From Batkoa obscura (Eukaryota): a stretch of 64,000 bases of DNA. This document shows, one piece after another, positions 39,322 to 56,550 of the stretch. The position numbers and the translations under genes are program-made. The stretch covers positions 62,001 to 126,000 of the forward strand of contig JASVEC010000016.1 of assembly GCA_030770535.1 (NCBI GenBank), in the 5' to 3' direction. A model generated the notes under the pieces. That model was not told where the DNA came from. It did not search any database and saw only the letters and a program-made list of their open reading frames with translations. How positions within the stretch are numbered: position 1 is the first letter of the stretch; each line of letters starts with the position of its first letter.

Positions 39322-40071
39322 ATGAGGAAAAAAAGCATCAGGCACAGTTTGAGTTCGGATGTAATAGGGGAGCTACTAAAAAACGAAAGTGTTCCCAGCA
39401 GCAAAGTTACCTTCAAACCATACCAAAGGGAATATTTAACGGAGTATTTTAAGAAGAACAAAAAGCCAAATAAAATAGATAAGCAAGCAATTGCCATAGA
39501 ATTAAACGTGACGATCCGCAAAGTTAATAATTGGTTTCAAAATGCACGGCAGAAGTCTAAATCAACTATTTTAAATAATATCACAGGTAATGGCAATGTA
39601 AATAGCTCAAACATAAGCCCAGTAACTCCCTTTAATGTCAATCACAACAATTCTTTAAATCTTATTCCTATTCCTTTTTTTGATGAATATAATAATCCGA
39701 TGATTGATCCAAATTTGCTTTATTATGATGACTTTAATAATTCTGCTATCAGTCCACTCTCCGTTTTTGATAATGTATATGATAATACTTTGAGTATCAA
39801 TCCGGCTTTCACTAATAACTATACTAGTATTGTATCTAATAATTTTACAAATAATGCTAGTCTATATACTATGATGGATAGCAATCAACAAGTGTTAGAT
39901 TTTGATTATGACAATAGCAACAGCCATATAATTCCTAAACTTCACAATGATATTAATTGTTCCTATGTTTATAATAGTATGTTTATGAATAATGTGAGTA
40001 TTAGTGATTGGGCATATTTCAACTTGCTATTTAACAATAATAGGGTGTTGGAACATACTCAATCATTATAA
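39322..40071 (+). CDS. Homeodomain transcription factor (HD-C), single exon, Asn/Asp/Tyr-rich tail
   Basis: KVTFKPYQREYLTEYFKKNKKPNKIDKQAIAIELNVTIRKVNNWFQNARQK. Confidence 0.9.
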   Translation: MRKKSIRHSLSSDVIGELLKNESVPSSKVTFKPYQREYLTEYFKKNKKPNKIDKQAIAIELNVTIRKVNNWFQNARQKSKSTILNNITGNGNVNSSNISPVTPFNVNHNNSLNLIPIPFFDEYNNPMIDPNLLYYDDFNNSAISPLSVFDNVYDNTLSINPAFTNNYTSIVSNNFTNNASLYTMMDSNQQVLDFDYDNSNSHIIPKLHNDINCSYVYNSMFMNNVSISDWAYFNLLFNNNRVLEHTQSL

Positions 40072-40178
40072 TTCACAACTTATAATTTTTTGATGAATTT
40101 AAATAAATAACAACTTGCTTTATATATCATTTTTAATTTTTAATCGTTCTTAACTTTAGTGATATGTTAAAAAGTGTA

Positions 40179-40282
40179 AATGGGGATATATTTTTGTGTT
40201 TAAGAATTTTACTAAGAACTCCTCTACCCAAATAGCGCTTAAAAGATAGAAAAAGTAATGAAGCTAAAAAACATCCCCAAAT
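40179..40282 (+). mobile_element. MITE family A copy 5
   Basis: AATGGGGATATATTTTTGTGTTTAAGAATTTTACTAA...AAAAAACATCCCCAAAT. Confidence 0.85.
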
Positions 40283-40715
40283 GGTTATTTTCCTTAGCCA
40301 AAATAATAAATTTTAATAAATTATACTAAATTGCTATATTTATTTATTTATTTATCATTACCTTATTCAAAATATTCCCTGCTCACCAAGCATTCACTAA
40401 TTAGAGCTAATAAATACATGTATTCCCTCTCCTCCGGTCATATATAATTTTCTTTGACTAAAAGTTAATAGTATACATTATCTCTTCATTTTTAACCAGA
40501 CAATGGATATAATCACTTATAAAACACGATATTTTTATTCCATAGCCATTATTATTTATATTCGTATTATCAGTTGAGCATTGTTATTTATTTTATCAAA
40601 ACCAATATACAATAAACAAATCCTTAATCACTAGAAAAAATATTATTTGCTATTAAGTTAAATAGTTATTTTAATTTTATAACTCGAATATATTTATTAG
40701 TTTCAATTGAGTTTT

Positions 40716-41468
<753 letters not shown>

Positions 41469-42495
41469 TATGTCTTTGTTCTAAATATACTATTTTAGGT
41501 TCACTTCATTCAAATTTCCAGGATTTATGTTAGATTTCGACATATGATATATATTGTACGTTTTAAACTCTATTGTTTCATTTTGTTATATGCTATTGTT
41601 GGATGGATGTATCTCTTTTCCTTCTCTATTTTCACTTATTGTCGTTTTATTAGCATTGGGTATTACCTTACAAGTTATCTTCCCGTTAGGCAAAAAGAAG
41701 GGCTTTTCAGACCATTTAGTATTGTTATTATCGAGCTTAATATTTTTGTTATGTTTTTATTTTATTCAATAAAGTTATCAGATTGGCTAAATTTATTGGC
41801 TATGCTTTAATTATTATTATTATTATTATGTTAATTTTATTTATATACAATTAACAAGTATTATGTATATTAAACAAGTCGAATAAATGACTTAAAATTT
41901 AAAATACATTTATAAAAATACTCATATTGTTTTTCAATAATATATGAACTTTATAATACTATTAATTTAAATTTAATAGGATAATAAAGTGATTTTTAAA
42001 TTTTTAAATAAGCTTTTCAAATTTGACTATTTAAAATAGGTTTTGGTTTATTTAATAATAACATGTTTTAAACATCAATCGACTTCACTATACATATTAG
42101 AAAGTATGTCTTAGAGTTAGTCGTATTTTTACTTTAGTGAAGCAGAGTAACAGTAGTAAAGCTGTAGGTTATTAAATGGGAAATGTAAAACTTTATGAAT
42201 TTTTATTTTATTTTACTTTAATTAAACTTGCTATCACATTAATGGTAAGTATTAGATCCTTTACTAGTAGCTTTAACTATCAGGATTAGAGCTTATTAAC
42301 ACTAATTTACCTTTTTAACACATAGGAAACCATAATATTTTTCTATTTGCATTAACTTTAATATCTTGTTACTTCATTTTTGCTTTTCCACCTTAACTTT
42401 TTACACTTTCATTCCTTTAAAAGTAAAACACTTGTAAGCTGGTTACTGTCCCAAAGTTCTAAAAATTGGAAAGTTCTAATTCTAATTCTAATTCT

Positions 42496-42726
42496 AATAT
42501 GAGTGTTTCAAAGCTAAGTTAAAGTTGAAAATAAAATTTTCTAATTCACTTTTCTGACCATCCCTATAACATAATGTTAAAAAATTATTAAAACTGGATA
42601 AAAACGTTTCAATATGAGTAATATGAAATTAAGCAAAAAAATAGCTAATCTCATAGTACAAAGGTACTCGCTTAATTTACAATCTTTGGAAAAAACCAAA
42701 TTGGACGAAATTTGAACCAAGTTTTT
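42496..42726 (+). repeat. 231-bp segment, reverse complement of 46803-47033 (repeat family B, truncated copy)
   Basis: Base-by-base comparison by eye found no mismatch over 231 bp. The outer end abuts a (TTCTAA)n micro-repeat. Confidence 0.92.
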
Positions 42727-43191
42727 GAACTAACTCTCATATTCAATTATCATATTTAACATAAAAAAATAAGAAATCAAATGCATTTAAAAATAGACTA
42801 TAAATCACTGTTTAACACTAAGTTGTAAGTATCTCAGTACTTTCTCTATTGATTGAATAGGGAATAGTTTTGGTTAGCAGTTTTAGATAGAACAAAATCT
42901 GTTAGCTAAAGACAAAAGTTATGAAGCACCTTTTAATGTTGCCTTTATCACCACTTGCTTAATTATTGTTTATTTCAGCTTAATAGCAAATCATTTGGGA
43001 GATTAATAACGCTTTTAATAATATTAGCAGAACATTAAATATTAAACATATTTTTTTTATTAAAATAACATAGATTCAGCTCAGAAGAAAAGAGATACAA
43101 TAGTGAGGAAAAATATAGACTACTATTCAAGGTTTATTTTAAATATAGTTTGCAAAAGCGATAAATAGGTTATTTAGAAAGCTTGCTAACT

Positions 43192-43506
<315 letters not shown>

Positions 43507-44375
43507 TTAATTTGAAGTTTAATAAATTAAGATTTAAGATTTAAGTTCTCTTTTTATAGTTTTGAATTCTTTTTTTCGTTTCAATTTAAATAATGAGATT
43601 CAAATTGGGTTGCCTTATTTAGAAAGTTTTGAAATTTCAAGATTTCAAAATTCAAACTTGGATCAAAAAAACGCGCTTTTGAAAAATGATTGAATTTGTA
43701 AAAAACTATTCAAGCGCGATTATTGGAGCTTAGGTAATGAATATGATTGGAAGATGGAAAAACGAAAATATTTTTAATCACTAATTTATATAATTTCGAA
43801 GTCCTTCTGACCTTGTTTTTGTTTACCAAAAAACATTGTAGAGGGTGGATAGGCTTAGAAGCTTGAAAAGCTAACAGCGAGATGTTTTTGTAGAATTGCG
43901 ATAATCAAATTTTGAAGTCTTTGACTTCATCTAAGTTCATAATTTTAAACAATTATTAGAAACAATACTTTGATATATACACCCAATAATAGCACTTTAT
44001 TGCTTTGACTAATCAAACATTGGTTTTAAAAGCTGTCCTCAAATCAAAATTTGTTTAGTTAGGTTCATCCAATCAACAAAATACCAAGTAGCTATTTATA
44101 GATTTTTTAACGAAGTAAGATTATTTTAGAATAATTGATGGTAGTACACTGAAGAGATCATGTTTTAAAATATCATAATATAATGAAAAACGTCAAACTT
44201 AAATTAATAATGAGAAGATGAAAAATCAGTTTGTTACTGTTTGAGTATTCAGCTTTAATTAAATGTAGCTAGTTTTAAAATTCTATCTTAATTTCAAAAA
44301 AAAGGGTACTTTATTCAGAAGCTACATCGTCTTTAAAGGGATGTAAAAACAATAAAGTTAACTTATGATTATATT

Positions 44376-46702
44376 TTATTGCTTAATAATAACAAAGTTT
44401 TCCAAAGAATCTGAACTAGCAATAGAAATATGACTGTCTTGTGCCTTGAAAATAATACTATATAGTCATATAATAAAATTAAAACTAAAATTACCATATG
44501 TAGAGTAGCCAAAAAGTAACGTGAAATTTCTTTGGGATCTGAATGATTAAACTTGGATTTGAAATCCAACTCTTCATCTATAAAATATATAAATACATTA
44601 AGCTACATTATTAATAACAAAACATACCACATTGTAACCAGTTATTTATATTATTTTGATAAGTTGACAAGTTGAATACCGGTTTTTTGTTCTAATATAA
44701 TATTAATATTTTCATAATTTATATAGCGTTGATGTTTACTTGTTCAGCTAATATCTTTTTAATATGGTGATCCCAATGTTTGACTTTCCTACTCAATTTA
44801 CATTCCAATTGGGATTCGAATCTAACTGCTTCTTCTAAAAATGGTTTCTAAGATTGATGTTAATATTAACAATATCAATTCAATTAATTAATAGTATTAC
44901 CATTTGATTGTACTTTTCATTATCTATCCAATGAGATTGACTATTGTCATTATTAAATGAAGATGATTCATCATTGTACTAAAATAGTAAGTTAAAACAA
45001 TTCAATATTCAATGATTGATATAATTATTACTTGTTCATTGTTAAAATCCACTTCGAAATCTAAATTAGTAAATAAAGTATTATAGTTGTCTCTAAAACT
45101 TTGATCATATTGTTCCACAATATACGCATCATCGATTCTTTTCTTACTTTCTAATTCTTGTATAGTATCGTTCGGCTCTAATTCTAATATAACAAGGTCA
45201 ATGATTATTAATTAATACTTTGGTTAGTACTTTGCTATTACCTGGGAAGTTGCTTCTTTTCTTTGATTTCCTATTTGAAGTAGAATAACTATAGTATACT
45301 TTGTCGTTTGCTATTATTGTTAATATCAAATAAATAGTAAATATACCAAATTACTGTTTTTACTGTTTGTCTTCTTTTTACCCCTTTGATCATCTACATT
45401 ATCACTTATTACTGCCTTTAGTCCGACTATTACAATTGAGATCATTATATAATTTTATTGTATTATTGTATTAATGCTACCTTCTTTTAGTGGCGATTCT
45501 AAATCAGGGATAGATTGATGGGGATCTAAGATAATTGAGTTTGTTGATAATAATTGATTTAATATGTCATCATTGGGCAACGAGGTGATTTCAAAATTAG
45601 TATTGTTCATTTCTGTTAAATTAATTTGATTCTGGTCATCTTTTGGATTATAATCATCAAAGCCTAGTGTATCATAAAAATCATTATCGATTCCATTATC
45701 TATCATCGTTGCTAGTAGCATTATTATTAGTATATTTCTATATAACATGGTATATATATTTACTATCTCTACGGCCAACCTCAATCGATCCAATCGACTC
45801 ATTCATTGCTGAATTAAAATTTGATCGGCTTAAATTCAGCTGGTTCATCTGTTAAATAAAACAAACTAATATTAAGTTTATTACTACACTTCTGATATTA
45901 AATTACCATAAAGTCTAATGAATTTCCAATAGAATTACCATAACGATCATAAACTGTGTTATTTAATGGATAAATATTTTGTTCTACTTCTTTAGGTAAC
46001 AATAAGTCTGGTATATTTAATTGTGTTTTACTTAAAGTTATGTTAGTTTGATTATCAATGTTCGTGGATGCTAAATAAAGATTATCAGTACTATAATCCA
46101 TAGTACATACTACTAATTATCACCTTCAATATAATCTCCGTTGTTAAAAATAGATGTAGGTTCTTGATTAATATAGTCTTCGTAATTTCTAATACTATCT
46201 CCAACAAAATGTTTCGATTTGTTTCTAAACATTTTGAAGTTAGTCATAGATACCTTATTATTTTCTTAATTACTTCCTTTCCGCTACCATTTCTGCGTAT
46301 GCCAATTGATATAGATATTCAACTTTACGATGATAAACTACAGTTGTATTTTGGAGCATTAAAGCAGCTAAATACATACAAAATAAGCGTATTGTAATTT
46401 AATATCTACTATAATTTACCATGAGAAAAACTGTAAGTATTAGGGCCTTCATCCGTATTATTAAACGCTAGAAAAATAGTTTCGATTTGTTTTAAATATT
46501 CTTTCAATTTTTTATTCAAATCTAATTTGTAAATTTAGCCTCTTCCTTTAAAAATTGATCTTCTCTTTACCAATATTAAAATTATTTCTCAAGTTCCTAT
46601 TTGATTGTTAATAATCGTTCAGTTTATCTTGATGATAAATTACTTTTGTGGTTCTAAAGCTTTAATGAATTGTTGAAGCTCTTCGTTATTCAAATTACTC
46701 AT
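44376..46702 (-). CDS. NCAPH2: Condensin II kleisin subunit CAP-H2 (about 15 short exons)
   Basis: Spliced N-terminus MSNLNNEELQQFIKALEPQK|NLRNNFNI|DLNKKLKEYLKQIETIFLAF...YSFSH|AALMLQNTTVVYHRKVEYLYQLAY matches CAP-H2 ([27 protein letters not shown]...[27 protein letters not shown]). C-terminus HWDHHIKKILAEQ...EISRYFLATLHM|AQDSHISI matches WEDTVQPLLQEQ...EVCRSMLASLQLANDYTVEI. Confidence 0.85.
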
Positions 46703-46789
46703 TTTATTTTATAACAAGAAAGGTATTTTAATTTTAGTTTATTGTTCTGCTAAATTACTATGCCTTTGTTTTGATTATTTTAAGCTAAT

Positions 46790-47230
46790 AAATGGGCTAG
46801 TTAAAAACTTGGTTCAAATTTCGTCCAATTTGGTTTTTTCCAAAGATTGTAAATTAAGCGAGTACCTTTGTACTATGAGATTAGCTATTTTTTTGCTTAA
46901 TTTCATATTACTCATATTGAAACGTTTTTATCCAGTTTTAATAATTTTTTAACATTATGTTATAGGGATGGTCAGAAAAGTGAATTAGAAAATTTTATTT
47001 TCAACTTTAACTTAGCTTTGAAACACTCATATTTATGATCGAAAAATCAATGTTTTAGTCCAAAATTTTAAATAGACATAAAACTCGCAATAAAATTTTT
47101 TTTTTTGCATATTAAATCTACCCAAAAATATGCTATTAGTTGGATTTAAATCTTCCGAAGATCAATTTGGGGTCTGTAGGGAGACAAATTATACGGAGCC
47201 CCATCAATTCGAATCTCTAATGTCTTTTTG
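46790..47230 (-). repeat. Long copy of repeat family B; 46803-47033 matches 42496-42726 in inverted orientation
   Basis: Identity with the 42.5-kb copy, plus extended diverged homology to 11318-11732. The outer boundary is uncertain. Confidence 0.8.
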
Positions 47231-47716
47231 TGACGTCTTAAATGCAAGTTTAATTCAAGGGACGTAAGCTCCTTTGAGGCCAATGGTGTGAATAAGTTAA
47301 GTGGGTTTATATTTTTTTCTATTAGGCTAAGGCATTGATATAGTTAAGAAACTTTATCAAACCCAGGATAAATAAACTTTTTCAATAGGAGTCTTTCTTT
47401 TTTTAGCACACAAGTTTATTACATTAATTTTTATCATTGGGCTCTCGTTCCAATTTTTCACTATACAGGGCTTAAAAATGGTAGTTATAAGAAAGCAATC
47501 AAATTTATGGAAAAGTCTAATAATTTGCCATATATACGCATTTACTTTTAAAGTAGTTTAATAGAGTAAACTGAGCCACCCATTGGAAAGATTTAATTCG
47601 TTGATAGTAAGCCAATCATTGTTAAAATTTAAACTAAATTAGATCATTTGGTTTATTTATTCTGATTTATTGTTGTTTTTACTATTTTTTATAATATTAG
47701 AGTGATATACACTAAA

Positions 47717-50681
<2,965 letters not shown>

Positions 50682-50854
50682 TTTTATTTTTGATAATAAA
50701 GTGTTAGTATTTTATACTGTCTAAATTTTGAATGATTAATAGAAAGCATAGTATTCTTTTTATACTTAAACTATTTATTTTTAAATCATTGTTAATAATT
50801 CAACACCAATTTTTTACTATATTAAATTAAAACCTTATTACATCTCTTTACTAG

Positions 50855-53800
50855 TTATAAATTCTTATGGTAAAACGAAAACCCTTCAAATTTCTTTTGT
50901 TGTACTGGAGTTAACATGGAGGAGGTAGGCGTTAACGTAGGAGGTTGTGAAGTAAACTCTTCATCAAAGTTTGTTACATCCTTTCCATTTTTAACCTTGG
51001 GTATATAAGGTGGTGTAACTTGACGTTTGAAGTGAGCATCCCAATCGATATCTCTAAAGTAAGGATGTTGCTTAATTTCGTCGCTGCCACTTGGACCACA
51101 TCCTATTCGTTTCTTTGGATCCTTAGTTAATAAGCGTTCCAAAATAGATACTGTAGTACGGGGCAATGAAAGCGGATATAAAACTTCATCTTCAATAATT
51201 GAGTCAAAGATTTCCATATCATCTGCTCCAGTAAATGGTGACTATAAAATATTAAAATGTTATTCAGTATTCTACATGTTTATGATCAATTACCTGTCCT
51301 AAAGTCATTTGATACATCAAAACACCTAATGACCACCAATCTACTGAAGAGCCATATTTACGTTCATTGAGGATCTATAGAAAATTAAAATTAATATCAA
51401 GTGTTAATAAATGATTTTACCTCAGGTGCCATAAATTCAGGTGTTCCACAAAAAGTTGAAGTGATTGAGCCATAAGGCATGTTAAGCTTACACAACCCAT
51501 AGTCTGCTACTTTAATATGACCATCCCCACAAAGCATAATGTTATCCAATTTTAAATCACGATAAATGATATTTCGCTTATGCAAAAATTCTAAAGCTAA
51601 AATAACCTCTACGGTGTAAAACCTGGTTTGAGTAGGTGTAAAATTACGTAAACGTTGGATCAGAGACATGAGATCTCCACCAATTACATACTCCATTACA
51701 AAAAAGATAGACGCATTTGATGTAAAACAAGCTTCCATGTGTACAAGGAATGGATGCCTCTCTTTTGTAGTTTGTTTAAAAACTTCACGCTCCGATTTCA
51801 GTGCATCTACTTCATCATTTTCAATTGCCGCATCTTTCTTTAAAATTTTTATTGCTACCAATTCTTTTGTCTCTTTAACTTCCCCAAGCATTACTTTTCC
51901 GAAGTTGCCTCGACCAAGTACTACCAATAGGTTGTAATCCTTAATTGTAACCTTTCTTGGTTTAGAAGCTGGCTTTGGTATACCAATAGTAGCTTTGACA
52001 GGTGCTATCTCCGTTGGTCTAGTAGTTAATGGAGGTATTTTGAGTTCAGTAATAGCAGGCCTTTCATCCACTTTTTCTATAAATGGAACACTATTAACTT
52101 TATTATGGCTTATAACACCTGGTACTTCTAATGAGGGTGAAGGTTTTTGATCCGTTGGCGAATCTATTGGTGGTCCTAAAGCAGTTATCATTGAAGGCTT
52201 AATTGGTGAAGTTGGGGGACGCATACCAGCATCTGACTTTGATCTTCTTTCAGCTGCGACAAGCTGTTTTGCCATTTCCCTACTAAGACCACAAAAGTTG
52301 GGTACAAAGTGCATACAATCAATATGACTAGTAATACCACATTCTAAACAAAATTTAATTATATTGAAGTTTAAAAATAATTAAACAATACCTATACATT
52401 TCTTTCCATTGTCCCTAACCAAAGAAAGCATCTGTCCACAATGACAACACCAGTTGGCACCGAGTGTGGTTGAACTTTCAAATCGATGTGGAATGTTATA
52501 AATCTTATTAAGGCTTTTACGACCACTATTATCATCATTGGAACGTGTGATACAGGTGGTGAGCGCATCTGGTGCACAAGCAATATGGCAAAAGTATCGA
52601 CAATCTTGACAGTGATATTCAGTGGAGTTCACTGTCAATTTATTACATACCGAGCATGTAAGTGGTCGATAGACCACACGTCGAGCAAAACGATGCCCTT
52701 TAATCTCAGCTGCAACAGCTTCTTTCCCTACCCTCAATGCACCTTGACGCCCAAGTAAAGCTTGTGGTTTTTTAGGGACATTTGATTTAACTATAAAAAT
52801 TAATTTTATATTTCAATACCAATTAAATTTTTTTTACTAAAGTTCATCCTTAACAGCAATTTACCAACTGGTTCCACTTTAAACCAATCCTCAATGACTT
52901 CAAAATCACTTCCATCTGCGGTAGATCGAACCACTGTTTTTGATCGATTGATTTGACCTGATGCATCTGCAGGTGCCCACCCTATATTTCCTGCATTTCT
53001 TTTACGAATATCGTCAGAAACTTCAGCAAGCGGGATCCAAAGTAATCCAACAATTGAAGGTGGTTTATCTTTATATTCATTAACAATATGAAGTTCCATT
53101 TCATTTGCTTTATGTACTTTGGCAACAAAGTGATCCACTTTACGATCAATAAAGTTTAGCTTGATTTTGCCTCTCGTTTTACCATCGATTTGGAACACAA
53201 TTGTTGACGTTATAGGATCTATATTTTGTAAATTCTGTTCAGAAAGAAGTTTGATTTTAATTGTTCCTGTCATTGGCCTACGTAAGCCTGGTTTTAATAG
53301 GTTTTGTTCTATAAAAAATTATTTATTATACAATGTCATAGTTTCATGAATAGTATTATTACCTTCAGGATCCTCAAGTGAAAGAGTAGCTAAGGTCAAA
53401 GGCTTAAGCTCCCTTAGCGCTAGGTTAAATATTCTAATCTTATCATTGCTATCCGCCAACTTTAAAATTGCTTCATTTTGAGAGTCAGGCGCAGCCAGAT
53501 CTTTATTTAGGGCAGTAGTACCTTGAAACTTTTCATAAGCAGCTTTTACTTTTTCTTCAATTTCTAATCTATGCTGAATCTCTTGTATGCGATATGTAAT
53601 CATTTCCCTTGATAATGGAGGATTATGTTTACGAAAATCTATATATTTTAAATAATTGTGATAGTTAAGTAAGTACTCTATTACCAAGGACAGATAACTT
53701 TCCTTTGGCAAGGTTTTGAGTGGGCTTTTTATTTAAGTTTTTGAACAGGTCTGAGGTGCCTATGTATGTTAGAATTTATTTGTAATAAAATGAAAATGAG

Positions 53801-54095
53801 TTACTTGTGAATGAAGTGTCTTGATCCTGAGGGGCACTTCTCCTAATCATTGAGATAAGCTTCTCTCTTTCTGAACGAAAATAGCTTAAAATAGTTTCAC
53901 TTTGTTGGATTCCGTCTTCACATTGAGCAATAATGTCTGGCTTTGAATGTGCCGATAGCATGTGCTTGAAACCAGCCAAAACAGTCTCCTCATGAGAGAT
54001 TTTGGCTTCGATTTCTTTGAGTTTATTAGTAAGGTCCTCCTTGAAATTGAATTAAATTTTTGTCAAAAAAATTACCAGGGTAAACTTACTGCCAT
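50855..54095 (-). CDS. PKC1: Fungal-type protein kinase C (HR1-HR1-C2-C1-C1-kinase)
   Basis: HR1 coils, C2-like region, pseudosubstrate [11 protein letters not shown]1 domains (GHRF...CSVC...[14 protein letters not shown]...GANWCCHCG), [42 protein letters not shown]. Confidence 0.95.
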
Positions 54096-54454
54096 AATGG
54101 CTACTTCAAAACTTGTATGCTATACAAATGTTTTTTAATAAAGCAAGGTTAATATGCTAAGTAGTGATGAAATTAAGAGAGATTATAATTAGCTTTGCTT
54201 TTAAAAAAATTATAAAATGCCGCCATGGCATTGCCAATTTATGTTTTACATCATACCCTTTATTTGTCAGTAAATAAATCCATTGAAATGTAGCCAATAA
54301 TAAATGAGCGGGCATATTCATCAAAAATCATTGTCAATTGTAAGGTTTGATGTCTTAATAAAAAGTGGCTCAACCAAACGGTTGAATTAGTTAATAGGCG
54401 CAATTCTCATAAAATTTATTGATATTTGTGAAAATGCGAAGATATGACTATTAA

Positions 54455-54802
54455 TTTTACAATACTTTTAATATAAATTCAAAAGAACGGAAAATAAGTA
54501 AACAAGGATCATTAGATAAAGAGTCTATCGAAGAAAATCTGATAATATATAAAAATTTACAAGGTGCATTTGATGAAGATATAATTTTAAATAGCAACAC
54601 AGATCTCAGTCCTATATTTATAGCTGACAAACAGACTTATCAAGGTCATAAATTTAGAGCTATAACACATTACCTTTCTAAGGATAGTGTTCAAAAATTG
54701 TATTTTCGTTGCAGTACCAAAGACACAGATTGTTTAATCACAGATACTGATGTGTTTCATGAATATCTAGATTGTGTAAATAAAGAATATTATAAACTTT
54801 AA
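54455..54802 (+). other. ATG-less 115-codon open frame, possible transposase or zinc-finger remnant
   Basis: Stop-free frame in very AT-rich DNA: ...QTYQGHKFRAITHYLSKDSVQKLYFRCSTKDTDCLITDTDVFHEYL...; weak resemblance to the FLYWCH-type pattern. Confidence 0.3.
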
Positions 54803-55242
54803 AAAAAGGTATAGAATGTTTGACTAAATAAAGTAATAGAAATTATTACTAATTTATTTTTAATTAAAATAATTTATTAATTTTAATACTTGTTAGAGAG
54901 AAATAGCGAGATTCTATTGGAAATGGCAACTTTTATAATAAAAAGCACTTAGATCTCTTTGAAGTTGAACAATAATATATACTCTCGTTAGTTTAACATT
55001 GATGAGCATTGTCTATATATAACACAAGTTAAATAAATTTAGTCAATAGTCTTTGTAATATTAATCAATAAACCAATTAAAATTTACAAGCTTGATATTT
55101 TAATCAAAGCTTGTTTCTTAGAATTTTCAATTAAAATTTAATCCAAAAACTTCAAACTTAACTGTTTTGTTTCTAATTAAACTTTTAAACTAATTAATTT
55201 GTTAGAAAAAATTAAATTTCAGTAATTTTATTTTAGGTCAAT

Positions 55243-56550
55243 ATGTTGACTGCATTAGTTATTCAAATTTTTATCATACATAATACCTGAGATTGCGTTT
55301 ATAGAGGTTTATCCGGAAGAACTAGTTAACTTATGTTTCCTAAATATTTATATAATCTAACTGTGTGAGTTATTAGTTTTATTGCAGCACATTCACTTTA
55401 TAGTCAATTAAATTTTAATAATTCAAACAATATCAATATAACTTCATTATTATAAATGGAAAGCTAATGACCTTTAAATATAAACGCCAGTACAATTAAC
55501 TATTTGAGTTGTTGCATAAGTATTATTAATGTTCAATTTAATAAATACATAAACGACAGAGATATTATTAAGTACGATAAAGAAACGAATTTAAATTGTT
55601 TGAAAAAATTAAAACTTAATTTGACTAATTACGTAGAAGTTTTGGATATTTTCAAGAGTAATATAAGACAACTTGGAGTATTAGAAATTAATAGTTTTAT
55701 TATTTCATTATATCAAATAGAAAATTATAATCTTGAAAAATTAACTACACTCAACATAAATGCCAGAGACTGATGCTATTAACAATAACTTAAATGAATA
55801 TAAAATCAAAATCAATAATTTATAAAATTTAAAATTGGGAATATTTAAATCGATTAAGATTTGAAGAGAAAAATAGTCTTAAAAATTTTAATAATGTTTG
55901 CAAATTTAATGGAAGGAATGGTTTTAATTGCGTCAAGTTAGCGAATAGTATACCAGAGGCCTTTGGTAACTCTCAATTATTTAAACATAGTAAAGCTATA
56001 AAGCTATAAAGCTATTAAGAATAAAAAGCATTATTAGTTTAGGTTACTACAACCGAGATATAGCTAATTGAGCATTTTAAGTTACCAGCTTTAAGAGAAT
56101 TTCAGAAATGAATTGAATAATGAGCTTCTAAAGTTGCTTCTAACGACATCAAATCTTGACTAAATAAAACTTAAAGGCTTGGATTTTAGTAAAGAAGGAG
56201 TATTTAAAAGAAACAACTTTATTGTAGAAGATGGAAAAGGAGTAGTCAATATTAAATAATATCAATTTATAAAAAAATCGAAACGGATGTTTTTAAAACC
56301 TCACTTAATGAAGTTTGTCTAATTAGATTTGATAATGAGATTACTTATCAGTAAGCTACCTCATTAATTTTATTAACACTAACAGTTAAAGTGTTTGATT
56401 TTTTTAATGAGTTTTAAGTTGAATACATTTCTATCTATTACAATAATGAAGAATATAAGTTTTCTGAATACTAATATTATAGAAGATTTCAAATTCCAGC
56501 CATTGATTGGCTATAATTGTTATGATCGGTAAGTGTTTCTTAACTATTTC
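55243..56550 (+). pseudogene. Probable decayed F-box/leucine-rich (RNI-like) gene
   Basis: Stop- and frameshift-riddled frames: IFIIHNT*DCVYRGL...EELVNLCFL (F-box-like start), NLNCLKKLKLNL, NLEKLTTLNI (LxxLxL repeats). Boundaries are approximate. Confidence 0.4.

Noticed and set aside
33403..40071. Basidiomycete-style HD1/HD2 mating-type locus (divergent homeobox genes)
   Set aside because: All three domains are standard 60-aa WFQN homeodomains with no three-residue loop extension. They look like paralogs, and no typical MAT-flanking genes are present.
47161..47209. GC-rich hairpin as a standalone ncRNA, and the LSPYRPQID peptide on the minus strand as an integrase motif
   Set aside because: It lies inside repeat family B, the pairing is not obviously kept in the 11.3-kb copy, and the peptide similarity is too short to trust.
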